Positions 24,026 through 35,646 of a stretch of 64,000 nucleotides of DNA are shown here, one piece after another. The stretch is taken from contig OZ316891.1 in the NCBI GenBank assembly GCA_973895155.1, positions 12,336,771-12,400,770 of the forward strand, written 5' to 3'. The position numbers and the translations under genes were made by a program. Within the stretch, counting starts at the first letter, position 1. The number at the start of each line of letters is the position of its first letter. The notes below the pieces were generated by a model. That model ran no database searches. It had not been told where the DNA came from and saw only the letters and a program-made list of their open reading frames with translations. The stretch is from Marsupella aquatica. Lineage: Eukaryota > Plantae > Marchantiophyta.

Positions 24026-27000
24026 TCACAGTTCTTTCACGATCTTTCTGAAATCTTCCATGACTTTCTTTGGAAGGCCTAGTAACACGTTGATGCTCCT
24101 CCGTTCCTTGCCATGTGCGAGAAACAGGACAATCTCTTTGTCTGGCAGGACAACAGGTCCTGCCTGTGACGGCTCTCCCCATCCGAAATCGGTAGTCTGA
24201 AACGGCAATCTAGACCACGTTGTGATGACCATTGATGCCGCCAGGGCAGGCCTGGCGCGCGTCACTTCAAAGTAGTCGATTGCGGATCTCATATAACTGT
24301 CCACGATACCACCAATATCGCGAGTTAAGATACATCAGTCTTTTTCAAAACTAACAAGGTGGATTGCAAATCTACTCAACTAAACAACTCGACAGTCTGA
24401 AACGTAGATAATTGAGCAATAAACAATTCAAACAAGAAATGGTGCATCACTAAGCGATTTGTTACTTTGTAGAACCCACCCGGCAATGACCATGCAAGAG
24501 CAAGCCTCACTAGATTTCGGGCGTTCATTGCAACATCAATCAGAGAAGATGCCCTTTCAACTGTAGCACTACTCTGGGAAAACTGAGGTCAAGAAAAATT
24601 TAATAAAATAATGACAGCTTGCGTGTGTCGCGAGGATGACTTTGCCGTATTGAATTGTATGCCAGGGTGCGGGATTCATGGCCCGGCCGTAGTCAACGAC
24701 TGGTTTGCTACCCAACGTGTCCATTCTAGAACTGGTGTCTTCAGTGGGGCATAGCTCCCCAGTCTTATCCTTGGTAATTCATGAATGGGATAATGAAGTG
24801 GAAAAATATTAAAGAAGGGGCAAGCAAAACCGAACACAAAATCCTAACTTAACAAAAGTTTGGTCTACCTCTCTACCAAAAAATGAAAAGATTAGATTGG
24901 GAGATTCTAAATTAGAATTTGAGACGGGAAAAGAAGAGTCTAAATCGGACGATATTCCAGGTGCATGTAGTGTTCTCATAACTCTTGGATCGATCGATTA
25001 CGACAACTGATATCTAGTACTCACATAATTTTCGGGTGACCAGTTTGTTCAATTAAAATTCAATGCTAGTTTTAAGAAGTTTCTTATAGAGCTCTGACGG
25101 ACGACCTTAGAAGCAAAACCAGGCATGGCGCTAAGACACGTATTCAGAAAGTGAGCAGTTCGGGCATTGCATTATGCAGCATTGTGCTGTAGAGCACATT
25201 TCGGACGTGCAAACTCAACGTTGTTTGGAACGCACCTGTCGTTAATGAGAGCGATGGCGTCCTGCACCAACTTTACGGCGTGATGGAGAGGTTTCTCGCA
25301 CAGATCAGCAGATGTGGACATGGCGTAAGTGAGGACGATGCCATTTCCCATGTAGCCTTTGGGAATGGGTGGGGAGAACTTTGAACGCCCATCAACTGCA
25401 AAGTACAGCCGAGTCTTCTGCTCCGGTTCCATTTTCAACGCCATAGTCCGTGCCTTCCATACAATCCCGGAAAGAACCTGAGCAAAGATTAAACAAACTT
25501 ACTTCCGTTAATCATTTGCAACCAGTCATGGACGAGGTCTGTCAAATTTTCAAACAAACACAGATCTGGGCAGCGTGGCATGAACTGAGACTGCGCAGTG
25601 AGCCAGGTCCTAGTTCCCAGGAGTAAATTAACTACCGGGAATACTCCCTGTAGACGACCACAACAAAGCATCTGGATGTCAAAGATGAAGCTATATACAT
25701 GTGATCAAAAGGCAACCGAAAGGACTGCTTCGTTCAGCAAGATGGACGAGGAGTTATTCGCTGCCTTCGTTAAGATGAGAGCTTGGAAAACATACCGTAG
25801 CGTGATATGTCGTGTGCTGGCTATTTCATACATGGTTCCGCCCAAAAGGACTTCGTCTCACTTCGTCTCACTTCGTACAGACATAAGATACGCAAAGCGA
25901 GGAGACCTTGTTTTGCTAGGACCATCAAGATAGACGTATGTATTCTACGACCATCATCAATATATGAATTCATGCATATCATCTTCTCACCTCAAATGTA
26001 GTGCAGCTCTTCATATCACCCTCAGCCATGACATTCTTCTTGAGGACGTCCATGTCTGCTGGAGTGAAGCAAAAGGAGTCATGTACAATCTCGTTGATAA
26101 TGAGATGGCCATCTTTGGAGAGATTTTCGATCTCGGCGAATTCATCGTGGGGGTACTCGATCTGAGGGGGAGACCGGGCCTTGAGGATAGTGCGGTCGAG
26201 GAAGGGAGGGTTGGAAACGGGGAGCCCCCGGGCAATTTCACTCCATGACCTGTTAAACTCGATTGCTCCTATTCCATCAAACATTGAGTGCTGATTAGCT
26301 AACCCGAAGCAAAACCCTCCACATCTGAACTTCGTCACCTGCACAACCACGCATTTCCATGTCAGAAATGTAGGAATCTTGTCATTCACTCCCCATTCAG
26401 AGATTTACACTCGTAAATCTCGACAAATTTTCCAAGGGCATTCTGCGTCCCACATCTTACGAGTGCTTCTTCCCACACTTAACCGTGGAAGTTGTGTCTG
26501 ACATCCCCTCGACTGCATCCCGAGCCCTCCTTGGCTAGAGATCACAGGCTCAGCGTGGTGTAACATGAAAATAGAACAATGCTATAACTGGGTTTGCTGA
26601 GGATTTAACCCATTCTGCCAGATGTCAACACTCTCGAAGAAGCATCGAAGAAGCAGAGTGGATGACATTGTTATGTCGTGGAATTGATGAAAGTGTCTCC
26701 ACAAGTTAGTTGTTGTCGTATCATTCTACATTTAGTTGCCTTCCTCACACATTCCATGTGGCTTCAGTGGACTAAACAGGGGAATATGTGCGGAAAATAC
26801 ACGGTACTGCATGGTAACTGCATGGTAGAAAGTGTCGTCATACTGAGGATGGAGTTCCAGTCCCGAGTCCCGTCCTTACGGAACTGGTTCCTTCTCAATG
26901 CTGCCCACTAAACATTGCGTTGAGCGACTAAGTACAACCCACAACCCTTCCACTTCCAACTCAGTGAGACTTACATCGAGACGGAGAACAGAATCGCCTC

Positions 27001-27940
27001 TACAAACATTGTGGGAAGTACCTAGGAAGTACCCAGGAGTGCCATTCCTGGACATTGCACTTCACAACTGTGCATGCTTGCATTGTACGTCCTCAGATGC
27101 TGAGGACTCGAGAGACTGAATAACATCAGCTCTACTTAATTCCTACCAAAGCTCTCCGTTTACGACTATTCGAAGATACCTTGGGCAGAGCAGCACATTA
27201 CAAAATACGTACCACTGCGCACTTTAAGAGATGTAGATGACCATTTTCAAAGCACTGTTTAGGTCCGCATTACCGCAGCTTAAGAAAATCTTAAACCCAG
27301 ATGAAAACATGCACTTCGAGCGAAGGTCGCGGTTGAGCAGCATTACTGAAAAGTCAAGACTACCTTTTTCGGAGGAAAAGAAACCATCTTTTAAGGAAAT
27401 ACCGTTAAATCCGGCAAAAAAAAAGAGCAGTTGGTTTCTCTGTACACTCGGACCAAAGCAGTGGAACGTCTAGCTAGTGCAATGCGAGGAAGGCCTCACC
27501 TGCACAGTGACGAGTGGAGCCTCGAAAATATTGGCGGCATCCGGCGTTGTGTATACCAGTTCTTCCAAACGCTCATCAGGCTTCGAAATATCGCCCAAAT
27601 CAGCAATGCTGGATTCAGTGGAGGCCTCGACGAACACCACCCCTTGAGAGTTGTAGTTCACCTGCAGCTTGCCGTCCACGCTGATGCCCAGCCGACCGGC
27701 AAGAGGGTAGTATAAGTCAAGCAACTTGACCAAAGACTCTTTGACAACTTTGGCCGGATCAGCCCTCACCTCTTCTTTGGCATGGTACAGGCTAACAGTT
27801 TTCACGACCATGCATGTGTTCTGGTCGAGATTGGTCAGGTAGTAGACGTGGTCCTCCCTCGGTGTTTCCGGAAGAACCGACTCGACCTTCCCAATTGTGA
27901 CCGAGAGCTTCGGGGCTGCTGGCACCTTCTCTGCCACCAT
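24026..27940 (-). CDS. BAHD acyltransferase, omega-hydroxyacid/fatty alcohol feruloyl transferase (ASFT/FHT)-like
   Basis: Four exons with GT-AG junctions and consistent phases: 27500-27940, 25991-26338, 25236-25477, 24026-24296. Motifs [20 protein letters not shown] (HxxxD) and DFGWG. Confidence 0.92.
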
Positions 27941-28159
27941 TGTGGATAGTGGATATCAGCAAGCCAGGCTACGTTTCACTGCACTGGACTGCACTGGACG
28001 GGTGGAAGTGTGCCTTCGAAAAACTGTCCACTCCTTTCAACAGTCGTCGTAGAAGGTACCGCTGACTCTGCACTTCCGAGTGTACCTGACAATTCTTCCA
28101 GTCCGACGAAGATCAAACGAAGAGAAATGCAAAGCTCAAACTCCACACTCCCGTCAGAG

Positions 28160-28375
28160 TCTCTGTTTCTCGATCTCTCTCCCTCTCACAACTCAACTGG
28201 GAAAGGTACATATACGTATCTCGCAAGCCGCTTGAACTGATGCCACAAGCATTGCGATGCACACAGCTCACACTCCTTTCAGACTCGCTGTTTCTCTTTC
28301 TGTGTGACAACTCAACTATGAAAGGTAAAAATACGTATCTCGCAAACCACTTGAACTGATGCCACCAAGCATTCC
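28160..28375. repeat. Imperfect ~115-bp duplication upstream of the BAHD gene
   Basis: ACAACTCAACT..GAAAGGTA..ATACGTATCTCGCAA..C.CTTGAACTGATGCCAC occurs twice. Confidence 0.75.
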
Positions 28376-28602
28376 GAAATCTATTTACTAGTATCTACAT
28401 TTGGTTTCTCTTGTTTTAGCGAATTCTCACAAATGGCCAGTCTGTCTCAGCTACTTGTCAGCTCCAAAGGCTCTCAGGAATGCAAATGCACACAGTGTCG
28501 TACACGTCTATCGCAACACTGACCTTTCGAACTCATCACTTCTGAAGATCCAGCTTTAAGTTATTAGCTCTGAAATTGAGTCCACCAAAACTCTCGGACC
28601 GA

Positions 28603-28805
28603 GGAGAAAGCAATCCTTATCGAGCTGCGGCAATTAATTGCGATTGAGTACAATCCACGACTGCACTCTGAGACGATGGCCGGAGAGGCGGAGAGGGAAA
28701 TCCTCATCGAGCTGCGGCAATTAATTGCGATTGAGTACAGTACGCGACTGAACTCTGAGACAAGGAGAGGGCAATCCTGATCGAGCTGCGGGACTTAATT
28801 GCGCT
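28603..28805. repeat. Three ~75-87-bp tandem units carrying the palindrome GCAATTAATTGC
   Basis: AATCCT.ATCGAGCTGCGG at ~28612, 28699 and 28773. The palindrome is intact at 28630 and 28717 and degenerate in the third unit. Confidence 0.85.
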
Positions 28806-29457
28806 GCAGGCTCGAGCTCAGACTCGAATCAGAGGGGGCCAGAGGGGACCACTAGCCATCTATATCTCAACAACCAGCATTAAGACGCATCCACCGACTT
28901 CTCTGTCCCTCACCTCACTCCTCTCGCTAGACAAGTAGACAGTCCTTCATGTGATTATCATTATGTGGTTTCTGTCTCTCACGTACCTGTGAATTCTGTC
29001 TATCACCCATGATTTCATTACTTTCAACCACATTTGACTACTTTAGAGGATTAGAGACCATCACTTGAGTGAAGGGCAGCGATCTTCCGCCGCGTGGTAT
29101 TGACCAAAAAGTTAGTGTAAATTTTTGCATTAAATTTCTTGCAAGTTGAAGTGTAAATCAGTAAATGAGTAAATAGTATGGACATAAATGTTTGATATTG
29201 CTACTCATGGGCAAAATTATCGTTCCGGTAATTACGCATCCCAATGGGACAATATAGGGTGCACTATGAATAACGCTCAGGAAATAGAGGAGAAATTTTG
29301 GGTTTCTCAAGGATTGGACAGTTAGTGATTTAAGGAGAATGTTTGGGTTTGTCATGGAATCAAGTGACATCCTAGCCGCATATTGTCACAATTTGATGTG
29401 GAACAAGACTGCACCTATTAACCAGGGTTCTTTGCCCTAGGTTTTCATACACAACTA

Positions 29458-29812
29458 CACTGTTCATGGTAATTAGTGGGACTAACATTAATTTGAGAGT
29501 GCTTATTTCCAGGGTCTACTTGGAAATTAATGTTAGTCACATTAATTTTGTGCTAACACTATTTTTGCACACATAAATTAGTGTTATTGTAATCTTAAAA
29601 TTAAAAAAATAGACAGAAAAATAATTTTGAAAAAATTTAACAATTAGTGTTACTTTGAACTCAAGATCATCCATTTTCTACAAATAATTTAAACTAAAGT
29701 AAGGAAAAATTTGTGTTGTGAATAGACAAAAATTAGTGTTAACCATAATTAGTGTTACACTAATTTTGTATTAACACTAATTCTTATATAACACTAATTA
29801 AGGTGAACAGTG
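29458..29812. mobile_element. Non-autonomous TIR element with CACTG ends and subterminal repeats
   Basis: CACTGTTCA...TGAACAGTG termini flanked by TA on both sides; multiple AATTAGTGTT/AACACTAATT motifs inside. Confidence 0.65.
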
Positions 29813-30987
29813 TAGTCCTCCAGGCCTGAATGATGAAAGAATGGAGGGACAAACCAGGCAGAGGATTATTGTACCTCCAAAGTAGATCTTCCACCCAATT
29901 GACAATGCCATGTTGGCAGAAAACTGCCAAAACCAGGGCCCCATCTAGGTTTTGGTAGTCCCCAAAATGAAAGTTGTCTGCACTTTAACGCAAAAATGTA
30001 GCCAAGACAGTTTGAATCAACGGTGAAACCTATTTTGTCAGAGGAAATGACACAAACCAAAATGAAAAATAAATTGCAAAATTATAAGAGGGTTCAATTC
30101 AAATGCACATGGATAGAAATATAAAGGAAAGACTTCCATTTGGACAAATCAGCACTGAGACAAAGACACGTGATGTACGCTCTGAGCAGCACCTAACGGT
30201 GACTTGTCCATATACAGGGCAGTTTCAAAATTCAACCAATAAAATCCCGCAATTTGTAGTTGGTATCGTGGCTTCTCTGTGCTTTTTGGTTGGCTTTAGT
30301 GGATTATAAGAACCTTGAAGTTTCTAGTAACAGGGCATTGGGGGGCCACAAGGCCCCAAAGAATGAGGGGGGGCTTCATTGAGGTGTTTTTATTGCCATG
30401 ATGCCCTTGTAACAGGGCATTAATGCACTTAACAGTCGAAGAGATCTTTTGTCATTTTGTCTTCAATATTTTTAGCAATTAAAGGAGGAGTTTCAATGCA
30501 CCCTTCCAAAATTGGACTGTGCATTCTTCTCCATAAAAGCACTGAACATTACAAGTGAAAAATCACGAAGGGCATTCTGGTGATACAAATCCAAACACAT
30601 TGGCCAAGGCTCCCATCTGTCCAGACAACCTTCTGGGTGGATCTTACTATGACAATAGACTTAGGACTACGGTAGCACATGCGCTTAGTCTAATGAATCA
30701 GTAGCCAAACTGGGTGGAGTTAAGTGCCCCATTTCAAAGTCAGTTGACAAATTTCTTTCTAAAGCATCATATTTGTTATCTACATTTCATGTGTCAAAGG
30801 GCACTTATGGCGATGGACAGTGGCCCCTCCTGCATCTTCAGGACTGATGGACTTGATAGTACGATGCATCCAATACTTGACCAGGCCCTTCAGAAGATGG
30901 CTCGTCAGATGTTCATAAAATGCAATAACTCTGTAGCACTCGTATTCATAGTTCACAAAGCCTACACATGGCGCCATTGCTTGACTT

Positions 30988-31185
30988 GGGGTGCCACTTT
31001 GACTTACAGATTGATAATTTTTTATATAGACATGATATGGCATGACCACAGTGGCAAAATAGTTTAGACAATCATAGCTGATGAATGGGGTGCCACTTTG
31101 ACTTATAGATTGATAATTTTTTATATAGACATGATATGGCATGACCACAGTGGCCAAATAGTTTAGACAATCATAGCTGATGAAC
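30988..31185. repeat. Near-perfect ~99-bp tandem duplication
   Basis: GGGGTGCCACTTTGACTTA.AGATTG...CAATCATAGCTGATGAA occurs twice. Confidence 0.9.
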
Positions 31186-33357
31186 GTCCTTTTTCTAACA
31201 TAGTGCCAGAAGATAATGGGCAATGCTCAGATTGTACATTTCAAATGTTAATTTTTTTAAGTGCCTCTGTGAAGATTGTGCATTTCGATGTGCTTACTAT
31301 AATACGACATGAGTCACCAATACTTTGTCCATCGTATGCTCTCTGGTGCTCACATCTATTTTATTCGTGTAAACCTATTATCAGGAGTAGTGGCACAAGA
31401 CTTCAATAACGTGCACTGAACAATGGATCCTGACTCCTACAGACAGAAATCAACGCTGCTACTTTGGGGAATCCAAAATATAGATCTCTCTGCCCACCGC
31501 ACATGACACCAAACAATTGCTATGGAAAGAAGTCAAGTTACATTGGGAGCCTAAAATCCTGAAGATGTATCCAAGGTAGGGTGGTTGAGGGGTAGTCCTT
31601 TTGCACACCGTGCAATTTGGGGGAGGAGATACATGTGTATGGGTGATGAAGGGGTGGGTCATGGACCTGGTTTTCTCGGTATTTAATCAACTGAACAAGT
31701 GAACTCTTAGGATTGGGACTTGGTTGCATGCGATGTGTATTCAGCCCGATATTCAGAGGCAGGGTAGTCCGGAACCTTAGAGCCAAATATAGGAAATATA
31801 TAGGGAAAATATGGGTGGAATAGTACACCATACAACACGAGGGATGGTGAAAAACTTTGCGAGACAACTGAGGAAGAGGGAAGGAAAAAGCTTCGCTCGG
31901 TATTCTTTTGACCAAAGCTTTATTCACAAACTGTTACTAGATTTAGTGTCTTTGTGCAATTTTTTATTCTTTGGACCAAAGCACTCTTTATTCGCCTGGA
32001 TTTAGTGTCTTTGTCTATTTTTTATTCTTTGGACCAAAGCACTCTTTATTCACCAACTGTTACTAGATTTAGTGTCTTTGTGCATTTTTTTATATTTGCG
32101 GTAACTGAGGAGGGAAATGAAGCTTTGGTCACTCTACTTGTGACCAAAGCGCTCAGGCTATTATATTCTTGGTTACATTTTCTGTCTTTGTGCGTTTCCT
32201 CTAGCAGTATGGTATGGTAGGCTTACACTTTGTGTAATTTCTGTTAGCAGTATGGTAGGCTTTAAAATCTGGGAAAGACAACATTGAGCCGCCCCATGAG
32301 GCAGAGGTTATGGTGGCACCTCAATCTCAAAGCATATATCCCTATTCCTGCACTCTTGATAAGCCGCCATGTGGCATGCAACAGCCATGGCCAAGTCAAG
32401 CCCCAAGGCCGCTCCCCATCACTGGTTGTTTTCCAGAAATTCAGACTAACACCTAAAGATGCCAAAAATTGTTTAACGCAATTGGTTACGTGTTGAGACT
32501 AGAAAGAGGGAGGGGGGCGCTCCCACAACTTTTACTACAATTCCCTAAAAGCTTGATTTATGGGAAAAGGTTATCCGAGTTTGGCAAGTGCTGAGACTCC
32601 CTACTACACAAGTTGTACCTAGAGAGTCACACTGCAGTAAACAGCGCTAACCGTACAAAACTTCCTTTACTAAAATCCGTTTTGTATAACCATCCTTCAA
32701 GGACATAAACACTAGACGAAGCCATGAGCTGCACTTACGTTTTCTGCACAGAATTGGTACAGCTGTATTGGACTGCTTGCATGAGCCGGTTCCCTCGAAT
32801 TAGTCACGTTTTCCATCACTCATGTGCTGCAATTGGGGAGCAGGACTGGAGCACTCTGAACCACGCTTGTACCCTGCTTGTACTCTTTTGGATCACGCAA
32901 ATAAACTTTATGTATGGCTGGCCCATCCTACTCTACCACTAATTTTCAGTATTGGAACATTAAAAATAATTAACAAATATATATATCTTACTAGAAAATT
33001 AAATGTAATGATAACTGTAAAGCCCGGATGAATTTTCAAAGATTACATGGAGAACATCTGAAAATGCTTGGACACTTTTTTTATAATTTTGAAATGTGAT
33101 CTGTGTAAACATGCTCTTGGCTGTTTGTGTTTCAATGAGTCTACCCAAGTTGTTGCTCACGCGCAAACTACTGAGAGAGTCTTTCACAACAATTGAACTG
33201 TCTATTGACAGTTGGTTTATGATATCTGGCCATTTTCAGTTTCATCAGAAATGGAGCAAATGACCTCAGGATAAAAACTTTGTCAAGTAATGTATTGGAC
33301 ATCAGAAAATATATTGGCATAATTTGGATGTAATAGAGATCCAAAAGTTGTACAAAT

Positions 33358-33435
33358 AAATGCACAAGTATGTCAAATACCAGATGCACAAGTATGTCAA
33401 ATACCAGATGCACAAGTATGTCAATACCAGATGCA
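33358..33435. repeat. 24-bp tandem repeat, three copies
   Basis: ATGCACAAGTATGTCAAATACCAG repeated. Confidence 0.85.
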
Positions 33436-34461
33436 ATTTACAGTTTGTAGGAGTGCATGAAAAACTACTCAGGACATCCTTCTCAATAGTGAAGTATCCT
33501 CCCAAAAGAAATTGGTCACTTTTTCTTTGTAGAGTAACATGAAAGACTGCTTTAAGCAATCCATGAGAATAGGCAGGACAAACCCTTGGTCCATCCAGGG
33601 CTTTATTGTAGTTTCATTATTGATAAAGTGAGAAAAAAAATTAGGCATGAATAGTGAAACACTGACCATAAAAATAAGGAAAAGAGGGGTAAGGTACTTG
33701 CACACAGGGCTCTACTGTCAAGTATGGATCATTTACCCTAATGAGATCCATTGGTACATAATTCTTATAATAAGGAGCTTCAGGGTCAGCTTTAGTGCTC
33801 AGCAGGATGGTTGATGGGTAGGTTGGGGATGGAATGTGGAGTATTAGAAGCTCATAGTAGACAGCAGCCTTTTACAAAGCGGGTGCTTGAGAAAGTTTAT
33901 GGGGGTTCAGTGTATCTTCAAAAAGTTAGGAAGTACAAAGATATATATTTCATTAAAGCAATTTAAAAATTAAATAATTACTTCTGGAAAATAGCAACCC
34001 TGAGGAAGAGTCAGGTGGATTACCCGTAAGGATAAGGAGACATCAAAAGAATTACAATGATTATTACAAACCTGAGGAAGAAGGGGGTATGCTTAATATT
34101 ATGACACTTTGTCGTATTGTTCCATGTAAGCTATCACGCAACATGATGTCGAGAAAATTGACTTGATTTCTGTTTGCATACCAAGTCCTTCATCAAGGAT
34201 TGGTCACGCACTGATGATCTGATGATAACTGAATTTCCTTGAGCTGTCCTCCCACTCCAGTTATTCTCTTTCCTCCGTGGTCCGACTCTTTCCTTTCCAT
34301 CTCTCTTCTGGACCATTTTTAAGGAAACCAAATTGTGTAAAAAATATCTTAGGTCCTAGGATATTAGATCTAGTCATAAGAATATTTTGTATGAGTAACT
34401 CAGAAAACTTTCTTAGGTCTTAGGCATCACGAATGACTTTCCTATCAAGAATGTTTTTCAT

Positions 34462-34975
34462 GTATTTATCAACGGTGAATACAGGTTCGAAAAAGGATCT
34501 TAGCGTGTTTAGTTGAGCCAAGAGAATGAGTTATCACTTTTTTTTCCTCTTTCCTCACCAAAGTTCTCCCAGAAAAAACTTGCCATTGGCGAGCGAAATG
34601 AAGGATAACAAGTACACTTGGAAAGCGCAGTACAATGGAAAGTTGTATTGATGTGTTCGGGAAGAATGAATCATTCATAAAAAGAGAATTAATAGATTAT
34701 TCTTTGAATAAATTAGTTATGATGATTTACTTCACGGGCGAGGTCTCTAGTTCAAGTCCAGGATAGCCCAGCTGCGCCAAAGTAATTGGAAATAGCATCT
34801 GATATGTTTCTGTATGCCACACTTGGCCTTGGTAAAGGGGATATAGCTCAGTTGGTAGAGCGCCACCCTTGCAATTGGGTGGTCATTGCTCTTACGGGTT
34901 GGATGCCTAATTGTCTAGGCGATAATTATAGTATTTTTTACCTAAACCTGTGGCTAACTCTTCCCCAACAATAGG
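34462..34975 (+). pseudogene. trnI-GAU/trnA-UGC: Nuclear plastid DNA insertion (NUPT) from the rrn16-rrn23 spacer: trnI-GAU intron 3' part and exon 2, then trnA-UGC exon 1 and intron start
   Basis: GGGCGAGGTCTCTAGTTCAAGTCCAGGATAGCCCA (~34736-34770), then GGGGATATAGCTCAGTTGGTAGAGCGCCACCCTTGCAA (34837-34874) followed by TTGGGT... intron start, in plastid order. Partner exons are absent and the trnI T-stem is mismatched. Confidence 0.9.
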
Positions 34976-35646
34976 AAAGATCTGCCCTTCCTTGTTCTTG
35001 AGTAGGCCTCGACTATTTTGGAATCTCAATGTCTGAGTTCTCTGCGTTTCAAAACCTTCAGGAGTCTCCATACAATCATTCCCATAGCCTCCATACAATG
35101 CTTGATGTTTAGAAGAATGAGACGTTTTACATTATAGGAAGAAAGTACAGACAGAAAAGATGAAAAACGGCCAATGGGGCCAGGGAATTTTCTTTTTCGT
35201 ACAAACATACTGAAATTGTCATGACCATATTTCCACCTGGAATCGTGGCTGAATCTGTTACTAGATATTCAGAAGGGAAGGTGGAACAGACCACAAGACA
35301 TCTTGACACCTGAGCATTCTAGGGCAGGAGCATACCCCACAATCTTGGTGGGTTCTTTCCTTTTTTCTGAAGAGGTACTGAACCTCAGAGTGTGTTGCAA
35401 TTACTGCTAATGATATTTGAATGAAACCAAACTCTACCACAGAGGATCCCTTTTTAGCTGGCTCTTCTGAGAAAAGAGTCTGTAGCCTCGTCAGAACCAA
35501 GAAGGATGAACTGAAGGTGCTGATAAAGCACAGAGCTACGACGTGAATAAGTAAGTCCCCAGAAAGCACGAAAATAAGTAAGTCTCAGGCGCGCATATGG
35601 CAAGTATGCTGTTCCGCAGGCACCTTGAACAGATGATGGCCGAAGG

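Noticed and set aside
30560-33700. Possible transposase or LINE coding remnants
   Set aside because: Frames are full of stops and I could not recognise a diagnostic motif; a translated search against a TE library is needed.
34736-34874. Functional tRNA-Ile and tRNA-Ala genes
   Set aside because: Only one exon of each split plastid tRNA is present, with stem mismatches; treated as a NUPT.
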